NCBI GenBank assembly: GCA_041496385.1
Contig: JBGQEL010000027.1
Location: forward strand, 1-44,708
Length of the DNA: 44,708 nt
Direction: 5' to 3'
DNA from: Candidatus Methylomirabilia bacterium
GTDB lineage: Bacteria; Methylomirabilota; Methylomirabilia; Rokubacteriales; CSP1-6
Of this stretch, positions 9,701 through 18,546 are shown piece after piece. The notes under the pieces are model-generated. The model was given only the letters and a program-made list of their open reading frames with translations. It ran no database searches and had not been told where the DNA came from. A program made the translations under genes and the position numbers. Numbering within the stretch: position 1 is the first letter of the stretch; the number at the start of each line of letters is the position of its first letter.

Positions 9701-11145
9701 GGGTGCAGCCAGCGCAGACCGTTCGACAGGATCAGGGGGAACGCGACCCGCAGGGGCAGGTCGCTCTTGAAGAGATCGAACCCGATGAAGATCGCCTTGC
9801 GGTCGCGCTCCTCGAGCGCGTAGATCAGCGGTCCGCCGACGGCCTCCACCAGCGGGCGCCCAGCGGCGAGCGGCCGGACCCGCATCGCGTCCTCGATCGC
9901 GACCTTCGCGAACTCCACGTGGCGCATGACCGGATGCGCCCGGTCCCAGTCCATGATCGTCGGACGCTCGATCCGGCCGAGCACCTCGAGCGGCACGTCC
10001 GGGGGCACGGCGTTGACGAACACGAACCGTCCCGGCCCCACCCGCGGCGGCGTGACGGAGTCGAGGATGACGACGTCCGCCTCGGCCATCCCGCCCTGGT
10101 ACTGGTCCGGCGTCTTCACCTCGAGCGAGACCTGCGGGTCGGTCTTGAGGACCTTCTCGAGAAAGAGGTTGCCCTGGCTCACCATCAGGACGGCGATCTT
10201 CCGGGGCGGCGGCAGGACGGCGTAGGCGACGTCGTCCGCTGCGAGGTCGTCGTCGATCTGGAGGCGGGCCGTCACCGTCCCGCCGCCGCCGTGGCTGAAC
10301 GGCACGACGACCGAGCGCCGGACGGTCGGCTCGAGCGTCACCTGCTTCTCGGCGATCAGCTGGCGGTCGATCTCGAGCGTGAACGTGAACGTCCGCGGCT
10401 CGGCCGTGTAGTTCACGAGCGAGACGAAGGCCTGGTGGTCGAACGAGCCGTAGTGGCTCTTCCGGATCGAGAGGTTCGTGATGCCGACGTTCTGGCTGCG
10501 CCGTCCCGCGCCCACCCACCGCACGCGCGGGTCGCTCGTCTCGGGACCCTGCGGCAGCGTGTAGGCGCCGTCGGTGAAGACGTGGATCTCGGCGCGCGGG
10601 TCGGCAGCCACGAGCGCCCGCGCGGTGCGCACGGCCTCGACGAGCCGGTTCGGGAGGTCCCGCGCCTGCGCGGCGCGGATGGCGGCCAGCGCGCGCTCGC
10701 GGTCGCGCGCGAGCGCGGCCGTCACCTTGGGCTGGACGCCCGACTCGATCACCATCACCTCGGCGCCCTCGCCGAGCCGGCGCACGAGCTGGAGCGCCTC
10801 GCCGCGCACGGCCTCGAAGCGCGAGGGCGCGACGTCGCGGGCCTTCATCGAGGCGGAGGTGTCCAGCACGACCACGACCTTGCGCGCGCCGTCGCCCATG
10901 ATCGTGACGGCGGGGCGCGCGAGCGCGATCGACAGCGCGAGCAGCGCCAGGAGCTGGAGGATCAGCAGCGGATCGCGCTGCAGGCGCTGGAAGAACGCGG
11001 AGGCCTCCCGGTCGCGAAGCGACGCATCCCAGAGGAGCAGGCTCGACACCCGCCGCTCGCGGCGGCGGACCTTGAGGAAGTAGAGGAGGACGAGCGGGAG
11101 CGCCAGCGCGAACAGCGCGAGCGCGAGGGGCGAGAGCAGGCTCAT
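6769..11145 (-). CDS. Large membrane protein: BatA-like N-terminus, three VWA domains and a GATase1-like domain
   Basis: N-terminal LPLVLLYFLK...VSSLLLW; MIDAS motifs DTSAS, DMSDS and DRSGS; GGGLVMLGGEESFGLGGY; internal and C-terminal hydrophobic helices. Confidence 0.85.
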   Translation of the reverse strand: MSLLSPLALALFALALPLVLLYFLKVRRRERRVSSLLLWDASLRDREASAFFQRLQRDPLLILQLLALLALSIALARPAVTIMGDGARKVVVVLDTSASMKARDVAPSRFEAVRGEALQLVRRLGEGAEVMVIESGVQPKVTAALARDRERALAAIRAAQARDLPNRLVEAVRTARALVAADPRAEIHVFTDGAYTLPQGPETSDPRVRWVGAGRRSQNVGITNLSIRKSHYGSFDHQAFVSLVNYTAEPRTFTFTLEIDRQLIAEKQVTLEPTVRRSVVVPFSHGGGGTVTARLQIDDDLAADDVAYAVLPPPRKIAVLMVSQGNLFLEKVLKTDPQVSLEVKTPDQYQGGMAEADVVILDSVTPPRVGPGRFVFVNAVPPDVPLEVLGRIERPTIMDWDRAHPVMRHVEFAKVAIEDAMRVRPLAAGRPLVEAVGGPLIYALEERDRKAIFIGFDLFKSDLPLRVAFPLILSNGLRWLHPAGLDQSSLQLATGQPILLPVAHGVTSVTVTTPSGRSVKAPVTRGVVSFTETDEVGVYLLATARGETRVAVNLMDADESNLEPRPLPVAAGVAAGPPAPVPIQRELWPLFVAIAAALLVAEGLLYWRRQTAGRLRAPRGTGDRWALAMRGALVAVLVLTLVRPTVPRWVDRMNVVFLLDMSDSVSLAARERAYRFVAEAARAMKSGDRQSVIVFGESAVVDQALANKTVVDRPKAQVDGRGTNIFQAIQLALAMVPPGQANRIVMLTDGRQNQGNALAGAQAAKDAGADLHYVAAPLTFTQEVVAEALVLPQEVKYGEPFQARVVAWSHRETQGRLSLFRNGEFLGSQLIRLAAGKNVFSYRQALDASGIHVYQAAIEVEGDTIEENNRAVGTVVVRGRPQVLLAEKDRTHAQSIAGALRSQNIEVTVVEPGGVPADLAGLQKYDGIVLSNVSSLKLTRAQMGYIRDYVRDHGGGLVMLGGEESFGLGGYYRTPVEEALPVTMEVKQKVEIPSLAVVLSIDRSGSMAMSTDEKVTKLDLAKEAAHLVVDLLDERNEVGVMSWDTEFIWDASVRTAKDRQAIHHAIATIKAGGGTDGYPALKESYSVLFERPALLKHVIFLSDGQMTRGDFQGLLRRMAKDKITVSTVAIGKDADVQLMVDIAKWGRGRFYYTEDSQTIPRIFTLETQLASKASLIEQPFKPQLTSPNHEAMQEIDWKNVPPLGGYVATTLKSTAELVLMSHQEDPVLATWRYGLGRSAAFTSDAKAKWGVLWLRWRDFNKFWSQLVRWTLRSGTRSDTVALVERRDNVGEITVDAVDAKGDFINFLDSQVGVVAPNRERTVIDLEQVGPGRYRGRFPASQEGVYLVGMSQRRADRVIGSQLAGLVVPYAQELRDLGVDETLLRELAELTGGSALEAPRDAFLKGRRQSRIAVEIWPWLVSLVAALLIPEIALRRIGPGAFSGIGARLRRRGGQKEVS

Positions 11146-12029
11146 GCGAGCAGCCGGCCCCGGATCTGCGAGAGCACGAACTCCTCCACGGGCGTGTCCG
11201 TCCGCACGCGGTGATAGCCGATTTCCTGCGTCCGGCAGAAGGCCTCGGCGCGCTCGAGGAACTCAGCGAGCCGCCTCCGGTACGCGCGGATCGCGTCGCC
11301 GTCCACGCTGAGCTCGCGGATCTCGCCGGTCTCGCTGTCGACGAGGCGGAGGTCGCCGGCGAGCTCGGGGTCGAGCTCCTCCGGCGTCAGCACGTGGACG
11401 AGGTGGACGTCGAAGCGCCGCTCGAGCAGCGCGCGGACGCCCGTCTCGTAGCCCGCGGGATCGAGCAGGTCCGAGACCACGACGGCGAGCCCCGGGTCGC
11501 GCGCCCGCTGGGCGTAGTTCTGGAGCGCGTCGTTGAGCCGCGTGCCGCCGACGGGCGTGACGCGGCCCAGGAAGTCCAGCAGGCTCACGACGTGCCCGCG
11601 CCCCCGGGTCGGCGCCCAGCCCTCCGCCACGCGCTCGCGCAGCACGCCCACGCCCACGCGCTCCATCCCGACGAGCCCGATGAAGCCGAGGGCCGCGGTC
11701 AGGCGGGCGCCGTACTCGAGCTTCGTGGGGGCGCCGAACTCCATGGAGGCCGAGGCGTCAAGGAGGAGGTGCAGGCACAGCTCCTCCTCGTCCACGAAGA
11801 GCTTCACGTGGAGGCGATCGAGGCGTCCGTAGATGTTCCAGTCGACGTAGCGCAGGTCGTCACCGGCGCCATACCCGCGATAGTCGCAGAACTCGACGCT
11901 GTGGCCCCTGCGCGGGCTGCGCCGCTCGCCCCTCACGCGCCCGCGGAACACCCGGCGCGAGACGAGCGACAGGCGCTCGAGCTGCGTCAGGAACTCCGGA
12001 CTCAGCAGCGCGTCGCGCGTCGCCGGCAT
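11142..12029 (-). CDS. DUF58 domain protein (MoxR-associated)
   Basis: EFCDYRGY..GDDLRYVDWN, LLLDASASM and VVSDL motifs. ATG at 12029. Confidence 0.9.
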   Translation of the reverse strand: MPATRDALLSPEFLTQLERLSLVSRRVFRGRVRGERRSPRRGHSVEFCDYRGYGAGDDLRYVDWNIYGRLDRLHVKLFVDEEELCLHLLLDASASMEFGAPTKLEYGARLTAALGFIGLVGMERVGVGVLRERVAEGWAPTRGRGHVVSLLDFLGRVTPVGGTRLNDALQNYAQRARDPGLAVVVSDLLDPAGYETGVRALLERRFDVHLVHVLTPEELDPELAGDLRLVDSETGEIRELSVDGDAIRAYRRRLAEFLERAEAFCRTQEIGYHRVRTDTPVEEFVLSQIRGRLLA

Positions 12030-12030
12030 C

Positions 12031-13479
12031 CTAGCGCTCGTCGAGGGACTGGAAGTAGTTTCGGATCTGGTCGTGGTAGTCGCGCGGCACCTGCTCGCGC
12101 GTGATCGCATCCTCCATCATCTTCCGGTACTGCCCGATCACGCCCAGATACTGCAGGCGCGAGGCCATCGAGGCGCCGCGTCCCGTCATGTTGGTGTCGT
12201 AGCCGTCCTTCTTCCCGCGGCGCGACTCGCCCTCGACGCCCACGTCGAACGGGCTCGCCCGGAGCCGGGCGGTGGCCTCGCCCTTGGGCGAGCCGGACTT
12301 GCCCTTGCCCGGCAGCAGCCCCTCTCCCTCGCCGAAGTCCTGGTCCTCCGGACCGCCGCCCTCACCACCGCGCCCGCGCTCGCGGCCGCGCCCGGCGCGG
12401 TCGCTCTCACGGCCGCCGCGCAGGTTCTTCCCGGAGCGCTGCGCCTCGTCCTGCGCGCGCATCTTGTCGAGCGCGCGCTGCATCGCCTCGAGCGCCTTGT
12501 CCGTCTGGCCGCCCTCGAGCGCCTCCATGCCCTCCGACGCGTCGCCGCTCCAGTTGCCGCCCTTGCGGCCCAGGCGCTCCATCTCCTCGAGCAGCTCGCG
12601 GAGCTTCTGCGGAGAGATGTCCGGGCTCAGCCCGCGGGTCAGCGACTTCGACTTGCGGAAGACCATCTTGTATTGCGTGTTCGTGAAGTCCGACTGGAGG
12701 TCGGGCAGCCGGTCCACCTGCTCGAGCATCTTCAGGCGCTCGTCGCCCTTCTTGAGGAAGCTGTTGAAGTCGGGCCGCTGGCCCGAGAGCGAGGTGTCCT
12801 TGAAGATCGCCGACAGATCGCCCGCCGCGGCGGCGCCGCCGCCCTGCCGCTGGGCGAAGTCGCGCTCCTCGAGGTTCGGGCGCTTGAGCGGGTCCTTGGC
12901 GAGCGGCCGCGAGCGTTCCTCGAGCAGCGTGGACTGGGTCCGCTCCTCGGCCCGCTCGGCCTCGCCGGACGGCAGGAAGTCGGGGAGCCGGCCCGACGGC
13001 AGCGGGATCGGCGGGGCGAACGCCAGCACGAGCGCCGCGAGCACCGGCACGGGAAGCCAGCGGGCCTCGCGCGGGAGCACGCGGCGCACGATGCGCTTCG
13101 GCTCGAGCGTCGCGACGCGCGCCGCGGTGTCGGTCACGAGGACGTCCACGAGGGGCGTCCGGTCGGGGCGCTCCGCCCACTCCAGCGCGGTCGCGACCCG
13201 GTCGTGAAGGCCGAACGCGCGGTCGGCGAGCCGCGCCGCGTCCACGGCGCCGACGCGCCGGAACACGCCCCAGAGGGCGCCGGCGAGCGCGCCCACGGCG
13301 ACGAGCGCCAGACCACCCAGCAGGGCCAGGGATCCGAGCGACGCCTTGAACGCGAGCAGGAGGGCCGCGACCAGCGAGCCCCAGAAGGCTCCGCGGACGG
13401 CGAAGTGCTCCGCGCGGCGCTGCCGGATCTGGCGCGCGACGCGCTTGACGAGGACGTCGATCGCCGGTGGCTGGGCCAT
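12031..13479 (-). CDS. Membrane-anchored coiled-coil protein of MoxR operons
   Basis: N-terminal TM helices, LHDRVATALE motif, Gly-rich charged region, C-terminal VPRDYHDQIRNYF. Confidence 0.7.
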   Translation of the reverse strand: MAQPPAIDVLVKRVARQIRQRRAEHFAVRGAFWGSLVAALLLAFKASLGSLALLGGLALVAVGALAGALWGVFRRVGAVDAARLADRAFGLHDRVATALEWAERPDRTPLVDVLVTDTAARVATLEPKRIVRRVLPREARWLPVPVLAALVLAFAPPIPLPSGRLPDFLPSGEAERAEERTQSTLLEERSRPLAKDPLKRPNLEERDFAQRQGGGAAAAGDLSAIFKDTSLSGQRPDFNSFLKKGDERLKMLEQVDRLPDLQSDFTNTQYKMVFRKSKSLTRGLSPDISPQKLRELLEEMERLGRKGGNWSGDASEGMEALEGGQTDKALEAMQRALDKMRAQDEAQRSGKNLRGGRESDRAGRGRERGRGGEGGGPEDQDFGEGEGLLPGKGKSGSPKGEATARLRASPFDVGVEGESRRGKKDGYDTNMTGRGASMASRLQYLGVIGQYRKMMEDAITREQVPRDYHDQIRNYFQSLDER

Positions 13480-13494
13480 CAGATCCTCCCGCGA

Positions 13495-14508
<1,014 letters not shown>

Positions 14509-14595
14509 CGAGCTCTCCTCTTTCGGCCGGGATTCCACGCCGTCATTATGGCGGAGCCGTCAAGCCGACTCGCCCTCATACTACTCGATCAGGCG

Positions 14596-14612
14596 TGCAA
14601 GGCAGGGGCCAA
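14596..14612 (-). promoter_or_regulatory. sigma54 (-24/-12) promoter-like site upstream of moxR
   Basis: Minus strand TTGGCCCCTGCCTTGCA with correct GG-N10-GC spacing, about 90 bp upstream of the moxR start. Confidence 0.5.
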
Positions 14613-14754
14613 TCGGTGTCCGGTTTCCCCTCCGGCCAAGCACGGACCGTTGTTGACGCATCGTTCCAGTCCGGCGGAGGTCCACTGCCCGCCACGCTGG
14701 CAGCGTGGGGAGCACGATGCCCGCGCGATCGGCATCCGCCGCCGCAGCGCGGGA

Positions 14755-15798
14755 TCACGGCGAGACGGGGACCAGGCTGCGGTACAGGTCCAGATATCCC
14801 TCTGTCTCGCGTGCCGGCGGGTAGCGCTGCTCGACGAGCGCGCGGCCCGCCTCGCCGAGCCGCGCGCGAAGCGCGGCATCGGTCGCCAGACGCTCGGCCG
14901 CGCGCTCGAGCTCGTCCACGTCGCGGAAGAGGAGCCCGGTGAGCCCGTCCTCGATCAGCGTGCCGTTGCCCTCGATGTCGGCGGCGAGCACCGCGCGGCC
15001 GAGCGCCAGCGCCTCGAGGACGGAGTTGGCCATGCCACCCTCGGAGATCGAACAGTTCAGCACGACCGCGGCGCGGGCGAGCAGCGATGGCATCTGCGCG
15101 TGCGGCACCGCGCCCAGGTGGACGGCCCACGGCCGCGTCGCGAGCGCCCGGAGGAGCGCGTCGCCCTCGGCGCGGTCGAGCACGGGACCGACGTACACGA
15201 GGCGGACCCGCGGGTGGCGCGCGGCGACGCGGCCGAGCGGACCCAGCGGCAGGAGCGGCCGCTTGACGGGCCGGATCCCGCCGGGAAAGACGAAGAGCAC
15301 GGCGTCCCGCGGGAGCGTCGCGCGTGCCGGGAGATCGAGCGGCTCGCCGGCTTCGAAGCGCACGGCCTGGGGCACGACGACGAGCCGGCCACGGACGCCT
15401 GGAAGCACGCCCGCGACCCGCTCGGCGATGCACTCGTGGAAGACGCTCACCCGCGAGGCGCCCGCGAGGACGCGCCGGACGGTTGGGGCGCGCCCGGCGT
15501 CGACGAGATCGTGGTTCGCGTCGGTGCCGGTGAGCGTGACCACGAGCGGAAGGCCGGCGCGGCGCGCGAGGCTCGCCGCGAGGGGGCCCGTGGCGTGGGC
15601 GTGGAAGGCGTGGAGCAGGGCCGGCGCGTACGCCTCCACTTCGGCCGCGACCCGCGCCTCGGGCGTCACCGAGAGATCCCAGACCGTCAGCTCGACGCCG
15701 CGCTCGCGAAGGCCGTGCGCGATCCGAGTCACGGTCACGGCGTTGCCGCGCACGGAGGGGTAGGCGAAGGGGGCGAGGAGCGCGACGCGCAGCGGCAT
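14755..15798 (-). CDS. GT4 glycosyltransferase, SenB/GLT1D1-like subgroup
   Basis: RGNAVT, FHA, LTGTD, GIRPVK and SISEGGMANSVLEA motifs. ATG at 15798 preceded by TATCCT-N7. Confidence 0.85.
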   Translation of the reverse strand: MPLRVALLAPFAYPSVRGNAVTVTRIAHGLRERGVELTVWDLSVTPEARVAAEVEAYAPALLHAFHAHATGPLAASLARRAGLPLVVTLTGTDANHDLVDAGRAPTVRRVLAGASRVSVFHECIAERVAGVLPGVRGRLVVVPQAVRFEAGEPLDLPARATLPRDAVLFVFPGGIRPVKRPLLPLGPLGRVAARHPRVRLVYVGPVLDRAEGDALLRALATRPWAVHLGAVPHAQMPSLLARAAVVLNCSISEGGMANSVLEALALGRAVLAADIEGNGTLIEDGLTGLLFRDVDELERAAERLATDAALRARLGEAGRALVEQRYPPARETEGYLDLYRSLVPVSP

Positions 15799-15853
15799 GG
15801 GCGCGAGGATACGGGGATCGTCCGGCGCGGTCCAGCCGGCGGACCCGGGGACC

Positions 15854-15884
15854 GGAATCCCTCGCACCGGCCGGCGCATCTTCA
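15854..15884 (+). promoter_or_regulatory. ECF-sigma-type promoter (copy 1) upstream of the anti-sigma gene
   Basis: GGAATCC-N16-CATCTTCA; same motif and spacing recur before the transglutaminase gene and selD. Confidence 0.65.
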
Positions 15885-15888
15885 TATA

Positions 15889-16176
15889 ATGACGCCGATG
15901 TCTGACTGTGGCGCGAGCGGCCCCTCATCGATCGAGTGCCGGCAGATCGCCGAGCTCCTCGGGGACTATCTCGAAGGGACGCTCCCCCGGCACACGCGCG
16001 AGCTGCTCGACTGGCATATCGAGGGATGCGCGCCGTGTGTCGCCTTCGTCAATACCTACCGGGGCACGATCGACGCGGCGAGGAAGTTCCAGGACGTCGA
16101 CATCCCGGGCGAGCTCAAGAAGCGGCTTCTCGCCGTCCTCCGCGGCCAGCGCGCTTCGCAGGGTCCGCGCGCGTAG
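15889..16176 (+). CDS. Small zinc-finger (zf-HC2, ZAS/RsrA-like) anti-sigma factor
   Basis: C-terminal 95 aa of ORF 12073..16176: ECRQIAELLGDYLEG...HIEGCAPC (HxxxCxxC). Start at ATG 15889 or 15898. Confidence 0.85.
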   Translation: MTPMSDCGASGPSSIECRQIAELLGDYLEGTLPRHTRELLDWHIEGCAPCVAFVNTYRGTIDAARKFQDVDIPGELKKRLLAVLRGQRASQGPRA

Positions 16177-16239
16177 CGACCTCCGGGCGCCGTGCGGCGC
16201 AGCGGTGCCGGCCCGACACCGCCCGGCACCGGGTACCTA

Positions 16240-17322
16240 TCAGACGCCGAGTTCCCGCGACGTGATCCGGTAGCGCAGCGTATCGGGGTCGAGGCTGTCG
16301 CGCCGACCCTCCGAGGTCTCCGCCTGCGGGTACATGAAGAACGTGACCGGATCGCCCGCGGAGTTCGGCAGCCTCACGTCGTGCGCGTAGTTGTACGCCA
16401 GGTAGTTCATCTCCCAGGCGCCGTAGAGCTTCGCGCGTCCCTTCTGCACGATCGGATCGTTGAGCGGCAGCCCGCCCTTCTCCTCGAGCACGAGCTTGCG
16501 CACGTCGGCGGGATCGACCGGGAACCAGCCGTGGCTCGGCAGGTAGAACTCGGCGCGGCAGTGCTGGGCCTTGGTGATGTCGCCGCTCTTGCCGAGGCTC
16601 TTGAACTCCGCCGAATCGGCCACCCGGATGCCGTAGATGTCACGGGCGGGGATGCCGACCGCACGCGCCAGCCCGACGAACAGCGCGTTGAGATCGGCGC
16701 ACTTGCCGCCGAGGTTGCGCGTCTCCAGCATGCCGCTGATGTCGCCGACGCCGCAGCCGCGCACCTTGGGGTCGCGGAAGGTGTTCTCGACGATCCACTC
16801 GTAGATCGCGCGCGTCTTGTCGAGGTCCGACTTCGCCGTCCGCGTGATCTCGAGCGCGGTCGCCCGGACGATCCCGTCGGTGCGGATGAGCTTGGTGGAC
16901 CCGAGGTACTTGGCCAGCGCGCGCTGGTCCTCCCGCCCGGCGGTCGCCGGCTGTTTCGGGTCGACGGCGCGGTCACGCGTCGCGTGACGCGTCGTCACCT
17001 CGACGACCGGCGCGATCTCGCCCGCCGCCCATTCGGCGTAGAAGATCCCCGCCCCGTACTTCTGGTCCTGGTACACGCGCGCGACCTTCGCGTTGCCCGC
17101 GGAGCGCTGTCCGAGGTTCTTCTGGTAGTCCGTGTCGAGCGTGAGCGGCAGCGGCAACCAGGCGCGCGCGACGCCCGCCGGGTTGACGATCTCCACGCGG
17201 GTCGTGACCTCGAACGTGCGCCACTTGGACGCGTCCTGCCCCGCCGACCGCGGGGCCTGGGCGAGACCTCCGAGGACGGCCGACGCACCGATGCCTGCCT
17301 TGACGAATTCCCTTCGGTTCAT
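16240..17322 (-). CDS. Tat-exported transglutaminase-like (cysteine protease fold) protein
   Basis: MNRREFVK twin-arginine signal; catalytic triad motifs GKCADLN, QHCRAEF and FPVDP; SD AAGGAG. Confidence 0.9.
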   Translation of the reverse strand: MNRREFVKAGIGASAVLGGLAQAPRSAGQDASKWRTFEVTTRVEIVNPAGVARAWLPLPLTLDTDYQKNLGQRSAGNAKVARVYQDQKYGAGIFYAEWAAGEIAPVVEVTTRHATRDRAVDPKQPATAGREDQRALAKYLGSTKLIRTDGIVRATALEITRTAKSDLDKTRAIYEWIVENTFRDPKVRGCGVGDISGMLETRNLGGKCADLNALFVGLARAVGIPARDIYGIRVADSAEFKSLGKSGDITKAQHCRAEFYLPSHGWFPVDPADVRKLVLEEKGGLPLNDPIVQKGRAKLYGAWEMNYLAYNYAHDVRLPNSAGDPVTFFMYPQAETSEGRRDSLDPDTLRYRITSRELGV

Positions 17323-17364
17323 GAGTCGTGTGCTCCTTTGGCTCGGCGAGGTGGCAATGTCTTT

Positions 17365-17395
17365 TTCGGATGGTGGCAGACGCTACAGGGATTCA
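17365..17395 (-). promoter_or_regulatory. ECF-sigma-type promoter (copy 2) upstream of the transglutaminase gene
   Basis: Minus strand TGAATCC-N16-CATCCGAA. Confidence 0.65.
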
Positions 17396-17420
17396 GCCGC
17401 GAAGGCAAACCGCCCTCGGA

Positions 17421-18482
17421 CTAGGGCAGGACGCGGATCAGCGGCTCGCGCAGGACCTCGCCGATCTCCCAGCACTCGCCGCCGCGGCGCGCGAAGGCCG
17501 CCCCCACGCCGCCGGCGCGCTCGGACGCCACGGAGAAGAGCAGGCCGCCCGACGTCTCGGCCTCCGTCAGCAGGGAACCGAGCGCGGCGGGGATGGCCGG
17601 GTCGATCTGAAGGGCCCGGCCGAAGAGCGCGTCCGCGTGGCCCCGGTTGCGTTTCATGCCGCCGCTGAACTGGCCGGCCTCGGCCAGCGCGCGGGCGCCC
17701 GGCAGCAGCGGAAGCCGGGACACGGCGATCGCGAGACCGGCGCCGGAGGCCTGGACCATCTCGCCGGCGTGCCCGAGGAGGCCGAATCCGGTGATGTCCG
17801 TGGCGCCCCGCGCGCCTGACTCGACGGCGACTTCGGCGGCGACTCGGTTCAGCCGGAGCATGCTCGCGACCGCGCCCGCGAGAACGTCGGCGCTCGCCTG
17901 CCCGTTCTTCGCGGCGGTCGTGATGACGCCGGTCCCGAGCGGCTTCGACAGGAAGAGCCGGTCACCGGGCCGCAAGCCCCCCTTGATGAGGATGCGCCGT
18001 GGATCCACCCGGCCGGTGACGCAGAGACCGTACTTCGGCTCGGCGTCCACCACCGTGTGGCCGCCCGCGATCACGCCGCCGGCCTCCGCCACCTTCTCGC
18101 TCCCGCCGCGAAATACCTCGGTGATGATCGTCTTCGACATCTCGCGCGGGAAGCCGGCCACGGCGAGCGCGAACAGCACCTCGCCGCCCATCGCGTAGAC
18201 GTCCGACATGGCGTTCGCCGCCGCGACCGCGCCCCAGGTCCACGGATCGTCCACGATCGGGGGAAAGAAGTCGACCGTCTCGACGATCGCGAGTTCCGGA
18301 CCGAGCCGCCAGACGGCGGCGTCGTCGGCCGCCCCGAGCCCCACGAGGAGGTCGGGGTGCGACGTCCCGCGCGGCAGCGCCGCCAGCACCTCCTGGAGAT
18401 CTCCAGGAGCCATCTTGGACGCTCAGCCGGCGCAGGCGGCGTACGAGGTGAGCCGGATCTCCGTGTGCGTGTGTTCGGTCAT
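17421..18482 (-). CDS. selD: Selenide, water dikinase (selenophosphate synthetase), selenocysteine-containing
   Basis: True start is ATG 18482: MTEHTHTEIRLTSYAACAG-U(TGA 18425-18423)-ASKMAPGDL, in frame with ORF 17421..18413. DDAAV, TVDFF, NAMSDVYAMGG, TDITGFGL and ETSGGLL motifs. Confidence 0.95.
18390..18409 (-). promoter_or_regulatory. Bacterial SECIS-like hairpin of selD
   Basis: Perfect palindrome CTCCTGGA-GATC-TCCAGGAG starting 13 nt 3' of the in-frame UGA; loop begins with G. Confidence 0.75.
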
Positions 18483-18490
18483 CGTGGTGA

Positions 18491-18521
18491 TTCAGACGGC
18501 GGCTGGAGCCGGACGGATTCC
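18491..18521 (-). promoter_or_regulatory. ECF-sigma-type promoter (copy 3) upstream of selD
   Basis: Minus strand GGAATCC-N16-CGTCTGAA, with CGTC ending 12 nt before the ATG. Confidence 0.65.
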
Positions 18522-18546
18522 GTGACGGGAACGGGGATGAAGCGGA

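Noticed and set aside
7316..11214. 1067-aa and 1244-aa ORFs overlapping the VWA gene
   Set aside because: Arg/Gly/Ala-rich alternative-frame and antisense artefacts with no motifs.
14510..14536. GGAATCC-N16-GCTC just before moxR as a fourth ECF promoter
   Set aside because: The -10 does not match CRTC and ends 1 nt from the ATG, with the SD inside the spacer.
16203..16231. 9-bp inverted repeat between the convergent anti-sigma and transglutaminase genes
   Set aside because: Could be a bidirectional terminator, but it has an 11-nt loop, no U tract, and is easily explained by GC content.
18423..18425. selD (and likewise UGSC at 35862-35864) as nonsense pseudogenes
   Set aside because: Each TGA lies exactly at a catalytic Cys/Sec position and is followed by a SECIS-like hairpin.
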